NCBI GenBank assembly: GCA_021806615.1
Contig: JAJZRB010000007.1
Span: 1 to 55,473, forward strand
Reading direction: 5' to 3'
Length of the DNA stretch: 55,473 nt
Origin: a bacterium
GTDB lineage: Bacteria; Patescibacteriota; Patescibacteriia; Patescibacteriales; UBA12465
Under the pieces are notes generated by a model. The model saw only the letters and a list, made by a program, of their open reading frames with translations, made no database searches and was not told the DNA's origin. The translations under genes were made by a program, and so were the position numbers. Of the stretch, positions 48,969 to 55,473 are shown piece after piece. Numbering within the stretch: the stretch's first letter is position 1; the number at the start of each line of letters is the position of its first letter.

Positions 48969-49841
48969 ATGCTTTGGAGCGGATTTATCAATTTGATCTT
49001 GATTTTATTCCTGGGCTTTAACGGGCTGGCGGCTAAAGTTAACCTGAGCGGCCCGCTCATAACTTTGAAGCCGGAAGCCGCGCCCTTGAAGATAGCCGCG
49101 CCTCGCCTCGCCGTTCTCGCCGCTAATGATCATTTTTTCTTATGGACGCAAGGCGCCGATGAAATCCAGCCTATCGCGAGCATTACCAAACTCATGACCG
49201 CTTTGGTTTTTCTAGATAATAATCCGGGCTGGGGCAAGATCTATAAGATCTCTCCCGATGACGAAGTAGAGGGCGGCCGCTGGCACCTTTTCTTAGGAGA
49301 AGAATTAAGCTTGAAAGATCTTTTTTATACCAGTTTAGTGGCCTCTGATAACGGGGCGACTATAGCCCTGGTCCACGCGACCGGTCTTAGCGAAGCGGAT
49401 TTCGTCAAGAAAATGAACGCTAAAGCGCGAGAGCTCGGCTTGTCTTCTACCAGCTTTGCGGATCCCATCGGGCTCAGCGATTACAATGTTTCCACGGCGC
49501 GCGAGGTGGCTTTATTAGCCCAGGCCGCTTTGAAACGTCCGGAAATAAAAGAGGCGACGACGCAGAGCGAATACCGTTTCACGACTTTGGACGGCCGGGA
49601 AAAGGTCATTGAATCCACCGATTATTTATTGTCCGATTCCGCCTCCAGCTCTCTTCAGGTAATAGGCGGCAAGACCGGATATACGGACAAGGCCGGCTAT
49701 TGTTTCGTCGGCCGCCTGAAGGACGATCGGGGGCGGGAAGTAATTTCTGTAATATTAAATAGCGGCGGCAAGAACGACCGTTTCATTGAAAGCCGCAACC
49801 TGGCTAATTGGGTATTTAATAGCTATAATTGGAATAAATAA
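48969..49841 (+). CDS. D-Ala-D-Ala peptidase, family S11
   Basis: SITK (SxxK), SDN (SxN), KTG; N-terminal signal/TM. Confidence 0.9.
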   Translation: MLWSGFINLILILFLGFNGLAAKVNLSGPLITLKPEAAPLKIAAPRLAVLAANDHFFLWTQGADEIQPIASITKLMTALVFLDNNPGWGKIYKISPDDEVEGGRWHLFLGEELSLKDLFYTSLVASDNGATIALVHATGLSEADFVKKMNAKARELGLSSTSFADPIGLSDYNVSTAREVALLAQAALKRPEIKEATTQSEYRFTTLDGREKVIESTDYLLSDSASSSLQVIGGKTGYTDKAGYCFVGRLKDDRGREVISVILNSGGKNDRFIESRNLANWVFNSYNWNK

Positions 49842-49855
49842 TCTTATCTTCGCCT

Positions 49856-50347
49856 ATGTCTTTCTTCGTTTTCTCCATACGTAATGCTTATCATCGTTTC
49901 CGGGATAATCTGGCTGTCCGTTTTCCAAAACTTTATAGCTCATTGTATAAGTATAAATCCATCATTAAATTTTTTATCGCCGGTTTTTTTTCCGGAACGA
50001 CTGATCTCATCCTGCTTTTCGTCTTCCATGGCTGGATGGCAATGGACATCGTCGTTTCTACCAGTTTAGCCTTCATCTTATCTTTCGTCGTCAGCTTCAT
50101 CCTGCAGAAATTCTGGACTTTCCGCAATTATAACCAAGACCGATTCGTCCATCAGCTGTTCTTATATATCTTGAATGCTCTTATCGGCTTGTATCTGAAC
50201 GGCGTCTTTATGCACTTTTTAGTCAATAAATATCATATTTGGTATATCTTGGCTCAGATATTGGTGAATTTCGTCTTGGCCGCTATGAATTTCATGGTTT
50301 ATAAATTTATTATTTTTAAGATCGGCGGAAATGAAGATAAGCGCTAA
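49856..50347 (+). CDS. GtrA family membrane protein
   Basis: IKFFIAG, SFILQKFWTF, NFMVYKFIIFK; 4 TM. Confidence 0.85.
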   Translation: MSFFVFSIRNAYHRFRDNLAVRFPKLYSSLYKYKSIIKFFIAGFFSGTTDLILLFVFHGWMAMDIVVSTSLAFILSFVVSFILQKFWTFRNYNQDRFVHQLFLYILNALIGLYLNGVFMHFLVNKYHIWYILAQILVNFVLAAMNFMVYKFIIFKIGGNEDKR

Positions 50348-50660
50348 TAAAAAACAATTAGGCGCCAGTCCGGCCATATGGCTGAGACAGGCCGGTTACA
50401 GCTTATTGCCGGAGAGGGAGGCGGGGCAAGCCAGCTTCGCCCGCCGTCTGTCCCGGGACTTTTATCCGCGCTTCCATGTTTATTTTGTCGAGCAGAAAGA
50501 TGCGCGCGGCGAAGAGTCGGTAGTTTTTAATCTGCATTTAGACCAGAAGCGCCCTGGTTATGCGGGCTATAGCCGGCATAACGCCGAGTATGACGGCGAA
50601 GTGGTGGAGACAGAGGCCGCAAGGCTTAAAAAGCTATTGCTGCCGGATATATTTATTTAA
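50331..50660 (+). CDS. Hypothetical protein
   Basis: 109-aa ORF (YPRFHVY, NLHLDQ, HNAEYDG) between gtrA and dnaG with tight spacing. Confidence 0.75.
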   Translation: MKISANKKQLGASPAIWLRQAGYSLLPEREAGQASFARRLSRDFYPRFHVYFVEQKDARGEESVVFNLHLDQKRPGYAGYSRHNAEYDGEVVETEAARLKKLLLPDIFI

Positions 50661-50661
50661 T

Positions 50662-52464
50662 ATGGGCCAAGCCGAAGATATAAAATCTAAACTGGATATC
50701 GTGGAGGTTATCCGCGAATATGTTCCGGTGAAAGCGATAGGCGCTAATTTCCAGGCGCTCTGTCCTTTTCATAACGAAAAGACGCCGTCTTTCGTCATCT
50801 CTCCTGATAAGCAGATCTGGCATTGTTTCGGCTGCGGCCGGGGCGGGGATGTTTTTTCTTTCGTGATGGAAAAAGAGGGTCTGGGCTTCATGGAAGTCTT
50901 GCGCCTGCTCGCGCCCAAGGCCGGAGTCGTCTTGAAGTATGAGAAACTTGAAGACTATTCGCAACGTAACCGCCTGTTAGATATCTTAGAATTAGCCGGT
51001 AAATATTATGCCCATATCTTGAGCCTGCCGGCCGGGCAAGCGGCGCGCGATTATCTACTTGGCCGCGGCTTGAGCGCGGAGATAATAAATGAATGGCAAT
51101 TAGGCTATAGTCCCGATACCTGGGACAGCTTAGCCGTTTTTTTGAAAGCCCGGCCTTTGAGCGGCAAAAAATATACGGATAATGAGATATTCCTAGCGGG
51201 CCTTATTACCAAGAAAGAGGGCGGCCGCTCTTATTACGACCGCTTCCGCGACCGCATAATGTTTCCGATCTGGGATATCAATAACAATCTTATCGCTTTT
51301 ACGGCCCGTGTGAATCCGGCTAAAGAAAAGACAGAAAAGACGGGCAAATATATCAATAGCCCGCAGACCAAAGTCTATGATAAGAGCCGGGTCCTTTTCG
51401 CCCTGAATAAGGCGAAGACAGCGATACGCCAGGAAGATCTGGCAATAGTCGTAGAGGGGCAGATGGATGTCATATCCTGCCACCAATACGGCTTTAAGAA
51501 TGTCGTCGCTTCCTCCGGGACCGCTTTGACCGCGGAACAGGTGTCTCTCATCAAACGTTTCACGAATAATATCGCTCTTCTTTTTGATATGGATGAAGCG
51601 GGGCAATTAGCCGCCGATCGGGGGATAAAAGAAGCCTTGTCCCAGGAAATGAATCTGAAAATAATAGTCCTGCCTTTCGGGAAGGATCCGGACGAGTGCT
51701 TGCGCCATAATCCGGATGATTTCAAGAAAGCGATAGAAGACGCCAAGCCGATGTTGGATTATTATTTCACGAAGATCAGCACGGGTTTAGATCTGGCCGT
51801 CTTAGACAATAAGCGCCGGATACGCGATAAGATGTTCATGATGATAGATCTAGTCAGTAATAAGACGGAACAGGGGTATTGGCTCAAGAAGATAAGCGAG
51901 GAACTCGGTTTCTTTGAAAATGACAGCCGGGAGGAATTCTTGAAGTGGCAGGAGAAGAATAGCGTAGTAAAGAAGAGAGAACTGCCGCCCCAGCCCGGGT
52001 TGGCGGCGGCATCTTCTCCGGAAAGCAGCCGGGAAGAGAAACTGTCCGAACGGCTCTTGGCTCTTCTGGTAAAGTTTCCAGAATTTATAAATTATAGCGT
52101 CAGTAATCTAGAGCCGGAATACCTCAGCGGTGATTTTTCCCGGTTTTACAAGGACTTTATAATCTACTATAATAAGACTGCTTCTTTAGATTATGATAAT
52201 TTCCGGCTTTATCTGGAGAGCCAGGAAGAGGGAGACGAAAAATTATTAGATAAGCTGATCCTTTTAGGAGAAAAGGATTTTTATGATTTTGAGCTTGCCC
52301 AAGCCAAAGCCGAAGTCGCGAACATTATCGGCGAATTGAAAAAATACGGCCGTAAACTACGTATCCAGAAATTGCAGCAAGCTATGGCCCGGGCGGAAAA
52401 AGAGGGGCGGGCCGAAGAGATTGCCGCCCTGATGAATGAATTAAAAGATTTAATGACTTTATAA
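50662..52464 (+). CDS. dnaG: DNA primase
   Basis: [11 protein letters not shown]...HCFGC, KYINSP, VEGQMD, FDMDEAG, KDPD. Confidence 0.97.
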   Translation: MGQAEDIKSKLDIVEVIREYVPVKAIGANFQALCPFHNEKTPSFVISPDKQIWHCFGCGRGGDVFSFVMEKEGLGFMEVLRLLAPKAGVVLKYEKLEDYSQRNRLLDILELAGKYYAHILSLPAGQAARDYLLGRGLSAEIINEWQLGYSPDTWDSLAVFLKARPLSGKKYTDNEIFLAGLITKKEGGRSYYDRFRDRIMFPIWDINNNLIAFTARVNPAKEKTEKTGKYINSPQTKVYDKSRVLFALNKAKTAIRQEDLAIVVEGQMDVISCHQYGFKNVVASSGTALTAEQVSLIKRFTNNIALLFDMDEAGQLAADRGIKEALSQEMNLKIIVLPFGKDPDECLRHNPDDFKKAIEDAKPMLDYYFTKISTGLDLAVLDNKRRIRDKMFMMIDLVSNKTEQGYWLKKISEELGFFENDSREEFLKWQEKNSVVKKRELPPQPGLAAASSPESSREEKLSERLLALLVKFPEFINYSVSNLEPEYLSGDFSRFYKDFIIYYNKTASLDYDNFRLYLESQEEGDEKLLDKLILLGEKDFYDFELAQAKAEVANIIGELKKYGRKLRIQKLQQAMARAEKEGRAEEIAALMNELKDLMTL

Positions 52465-52471
52465 GATATCT

Positions 52472-53767
52472 ATGGCTAAAAAAGCTTTGAAAAAAACGAA
52501 GAAGAATTCTGGCGGGGCAAGAACCAAGACCCCTGTTTCTAGCCGCCATAATAAGAATAATAGTAAAAAAGTAGCTAATATTAAACAAAAAAATAAGAAG
52601 AAAAATAGCCATAAGATTTTTCATCGCGTTAGGCCATCCCGGACGGAAAAAGCCGAGCGTCAGCCGGTCAAGCCGACGCCGGAACAGCTCCAGAAATTAA
52701 TTGATAAAGGGCGCTTGCGCGGCTTTGTCACCGAGACCGAATTATTATATCTTTTCCCGGAAGTAGAGGAATATGTCTATGACTATGACGTCTTCCTGGG
52801 CGATCTTCAGAAAAGCGGCGTGAGGATAATGGAAGACTCCGGGCGGATCTTGGATATCGCCGAAAAGAAAGCCGCTGAGCCGCCTCTGACCGGGAAAGCC
52901 CTGGCTCATCAGAACGCGCTTAATATAGATTTATCAAAATTGAGCGCTGACTCCATACAGATGTATTTGAAAGAAATCGGTAAAGTGCCGCTTTTAAACG
53001 GCGAGGAAGAAGTAGAGCTCGCGAAACGGAAAGAAAAAGGCGATAAGGAGGCGGAAAAGAGGATAATTGAAGCTAACCTGCGCCTTGTCGTCTCTATAGC
53101 CAAGAAATTCGCCGGCGCGAAAGGCATGAGCCTCTTGGATCTTATCCAGGAAGGCAATATCGGCCTCTTCCGCGCCGTAGAAAAATTCGAATATCGCAAA
53201 GGCTATAAGTTTTCTACTTATGCGACTTGGTGGATCCGCCAGGCGATCACCCGCGCTCTAGCCGATCAATCCCGCACGATACGTATTCCAGTCCATATGG
53301 TGGAAAATATAAATAAATTCCAGCAAGTCCAGCGCAATCTCATCCAGGAATTGGGCCGCGAGCCCTTAGCCGAAGAGATCGCTTCGGAAATGGGAGAGCC
53401 GCTGGAAAAAGTCCGCTATATCATGAAGATTTCCCAAGACACCATCTCCCTGGAAACGACTATCGGAGATGACGGCGAAGACTCTACTCTGGAAGATTTC
53501 ATAGAGGACGTTAAGAACGTGACGCCGGATCGGGCGGCCGCCTTACAGCTTTTAAGGGATTATGTAAAGAATATAGTCGCCCAGCTTTCGCCGCGCGAAC
53601 AGAAAATATTGGAAATGCGCTTCGGGCTGGTAGACGGCGTAGCTCATACTCTGGAAGAAGTCGGCCAGGAGTTTGAAGTCACGCGCGAACGTATCCGGCA
53701 GATAGAGTCGAAAGCTCTGGAGAAGATCAGGAAGTTCAAGGGCTTGGAGAAACTGAGGGATTATTAA
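52472..53767 (+). CDS. rpoD: Primary sigma factor with basic N-terminal extension
   Basis: [33 protein letters not shown]; follows dnaG. Confidence 0.96.
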   Translation: MAKKALKKTKKNSGGARTKTPVSSRHNKNNSKKVANIKQKNKKKNSHKIFHRVRPSRTEKAERQPVKPTPEQLQKLIDKGRLRGFVTETELLYLFPEVEEYVYDYDVFLGDLQKSGVRIMEDSGRILDIAEKKAAEPPLTGKALAHQNALNIDLSKLSADSIQMYLKEIGKVPLLNGEEEVELAKRKEKGDKEAEKRIIEANLRLVVSIAKKFAGAKGMSLLDLIQEGNIGLFRAVEKFEYRKGYKFSTYATWWIRQAITRALADQSRTIRIPVHMVENINKFQQVQRNLIQELGREPLAEEIASEMGEPLEKVRYIMKISQDTISLETTIGDDGEDSTLEDFIEDVKNVTPDRAAALQLLRDYVKNIVAQLSPREQKILEMRFGLVDGVAHTLEEVGQEFEVTRERIRQIESKALEKIRKFKGLEKLRDY

Positions 53768-53791
53768 AGGAATCCAGGAGCTGAAACAGGG

Positions 53792-53819
53792 TTGACATAC
53801 TCCCGAAATCTGTTATTAT
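53792..53819 (+). promoter_or_regulatory. Promoter for tRNA-Asn
   Basis: TTGACA(53792)-16 bp-TATTAT(53814) with TG extension. Confidence 0.6.
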
Positions 53820-53894
53820 ATTAGTAAATATTTCGTTGAAATATTTTGTTTTTTGAGAGAGGCACGTTAGCGCTTTTCAGTACCAACTAAATAT

Positions 53895-53969
53895 TCCCGG
53901 GTAGCGCAGCGGTAGCGCAGTTGGCTGTTAACCAATTGGTCGTCGGTTCGAATCCGACCCCGGGAGCCA
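53895..53969 (+). tRNA. tRNA-Asn (GTT)
   Basis: Acceptor TCCCGGG/CCCGGGA, anticodon arm TTGG-CTGTTAA-CCAA, GGTTCGAATCC T-arm, encoded CCA. Confidence 0.96.
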
Positions 53970-54044
53970 ATCTATTTTCCGTAGGAACGACCCAGGCGGG
54001 TCGAAAATGGTACTAGTCCCACCCGCATCCGAAAATAAATTGCA

Positions 54045-54078
54045 CAAAAAACACCTTTGAAGAGGTGTTTTTTGTTTT
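54045..54078 (+). terminator. Terminator after tRNA
   Basis: CAAAAAACACCT...AGGTGTTTTTTG plus T-run. Confidence 0.75.
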
Positions 54079-54105
54079 GACTTTTTGCTAATTTTATGGG
54101 ATTAT
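54077..54105 (+). promoter_or_regulatory. Possible promoter of the island
   Basis: TTGACT(54077)-17 bp-GATTAT(54100) with TG extension; weak -10. Confidence 0.35.
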
Positions 54106-54275
54106 TGAATAAAAGAGGATAACAAATAAATAAGCAATGCCCTATTTACGGAAAAAATTCTTAATATTTTGTAGCACCTCTCATTCAAGAAGTATTTATT
54201 GGATATTTATTAGAAGATTTTCCAAGTGTCGACGAATATATCAAACAATGGTCTTAGATGATGTTATCATAAAAT

Positions 54276-54995
54276 ATGAAGAAAGTTTTTTATTATTATA
54301 TAGATGAATCCGGCAGTTTAACTGATGTTAAGTCTGATATATTTTTAGTTGGCTGTGTTGTTTTTGACAGCTATGAAAGTAATAATAGAATTTTTAAAGA
54401 ATTAAAAGATGAAATATCTTCTAATATTTTATTTGATGATTTTGACTCAAAAAAAGGATTTCATGCTTCGGAAGACGATTTGAGCATATTTAACAAATAT
54501 ATTGAAAAAATAGGTTCATTCAATTTTAGGGCGTATATAGCTTTTATCGATAAAAGAAAGAGCAGGTTTAGTCAACAACCAGAAAAAGATTATTATAAGG
54601 AAGCTGTTTTTTATATAATGTACACGCTGTTGATGAAACGATTTAATGATAATAATTTACTTTATTTTGAAGGACGAACAGGAAAAAGGGAAAAAGAGAA
54701 AAAAGATTTAGAGAATTTATTAGAAAATGTTACTGGCAAATTATTGAAAAATAGGAAAATTAAATCAGAGGCAATCTTCAATGTGTCTGTTGTTGGAAAG
54801 AAATGTAAATATATATCAATAGTTGATTATATTATATATATTGTTTCGCATTATTTATTTCAGAAAAGAACTAAATTTTATAATAAACTATTTGATTTGA
54901 TAAAACCAAAAATTGCACTTATTATAGATATGTCAGATCAAAATAATAATTACATTTCATTTCGAAAAAATGGAAAAAATAGTGCTTTATTTTAA
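54276..54995 (+). CDS. DUF3800-family (RNase H-like) protein, putative retron effector
   Basis: N-terminal YIDESG, FHAS, C-terminal ISIVDYI (variant of IQxAD); AT-rich. Confidence 0.75.
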   Translation: MKKVFYYYIDESGSLTDVKSDIFLVGCVVFDSYESNNRIFKELKDEISSNILFDDFDSKKGFHASEDDLSIFNKYIEKIGSFNFRAYIAFIDKRKSRFSQQPEKDYYKEAVFYIMYTLLMKRFNDNNLLYFEGRTGKREKEKKDLENLLENVTGKLLKNRKIKSEAIFNVSVVGKKCKYISIVDYIIYIVSHYLFQKRTKFYNKLFDLIKPKIALIIDMSDQNNNYISFRKNGKNSALF

Positions 54996-55076
54996 ATCCC
55001 CGGTAATTTTTGGACATGATTTCGTGTCCGTGATGAAGTCAATTACTTATTCTCCTGCCGGGGATTTAAAATAGAG
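54985..55076 (+). ncRNA. Putative retron msr/msd-like ncRNA
   Basis: 16-bp perfect inverted repeat 54988-55003 / 55058-55073 enclosing hairpin 55012-55029, directly before the RT-like ORF. Confidence 0.55.
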
Positions 55077-55082
55077 TGGTAT

Positions 55083-55473
55083 ATGAAATTTGCTGATGTA
55101 AAAAATTTACCTAATTTAAGTAGTTTCTTAAGAACGGATTATAAAACAATGCGCATGTTTTTGGATAACCCAATCACAATATTAGATAGGAAATATAAAT
55201 ACTTAGAGCCAAAACATAAAAAAGACGTTTCATTCGAAGATGCTATTGTTCTCAGCGATCCTGGCGATAATTTTTACATCGAAGAAATGATGATACCAAA
55301 GAGAAATAATTGTCTCAAATTCAGAAAAGTATACAGAATACTAAATCATAATCTTTTATTTATAAATAAAGTTATATCTTTCCATCTTAATATAGAGTAT
55401 TCTCCAATGGTGTGTGTGTCTGGATTTATTGCAAACAAAAATATTACTTATAATGCTGAAAAACATTTAAATA
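55083..55473 (+). CDS. Retron-type reverse transcriptase, 3'-truncated by window edge (not in ORF track)
   Basis: 130 open codons: ...YIEEMMIPKRNNCLKFRKVY...SGFIANKNITYNAEKHLN, matching the RT N-terminal pattern IPK..R.....GF....I..NA..H. Confidence 0.75.
   Translation, partial: MKFADVKNLPNLSSFLRTDYKTMRMFLDNPITILDRKYKYLEPKHKKDVSFEDAIVLSDPGDNFYIEEMMIPKRNNCLKFRKVYRILNHNLLFINKVISFHLNIEYSPMVCVSGFIANKNITYNAEKHLN

Noticed and set aside
50560-50661. Upstream extensions in the ORF track (dnaG, scpA, murC, rplD, rplX, rpmC, rpmB, asnS)
   Set aside because: Near-cognate or overlapping starts; a downstream ATG matches the family N-terminus
54137-54307. 56-codon ORF MPYLRKKF... overlapping the DUF3800 start
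   Set aside because: No recognisable motif and out-of-frame overlap; likely chance
54988-55073. Reading the inverted repeat as a simple terminator or MITE
   Set aside because: 54-nt structured interior, no U-tail on the plus strand, no evident target-site duplication, and it abuts an RT-like gene
1-55473. CRISPR array, IS/transposase, integrase, rRNA, alternative genetic code
   Set aside because: None seen; TGA ends genes (e.g. 4568, 16856, 37823) and conserved genes are not interrupted

Overview
Mostly core-genome DNA from a Patescibacteria/CPR bacterium. The Parcubacteria-like assignment is inferred from the missing rpmD/L30, short AlaRS, SD-less AT-rich starts and standard code with TGA as stop. 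In order: murG (partial), murC, ABC exporter, murB, alaS; the alpha operon (infA-rpmJ-rpsM-rpsK-rpsD-rpoA-rplQ-rplM-rpsI); prfB, comEC, a phage-like orphan, rpmB, an M50 protease; the str/S10/spc clusters to secY; map, yqgF, recO; a 3-gene locus ending in a 1755-aa glycosyltransferase-kinase fusion; aspS, asnS, scpAB, a D,D-peptidase, gtrA, dnaG, rpoD and tRNA-Asn. The best candidate for a novel system is the AT-rich island after tRNA-Asn. It holds a DUF3800-like nuclease gene, a ~90-nt element closed by a 16-bp perfect inverted repeat, and an ORF missing from the ORF track (55083 to window end) that reads as a retron-type reverse transcriptase N-terminus, i.e. a probable retron (type VII-A2-like) with an unusually compact ncRNA. 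Other highlights: RpoA without alpha-CTD, an attenuator-like RNA before rplC, promoters embedded in coding sequence, and probable leaderless murB and prfB. All family calls come from motif recognition by eye; no searches were run.
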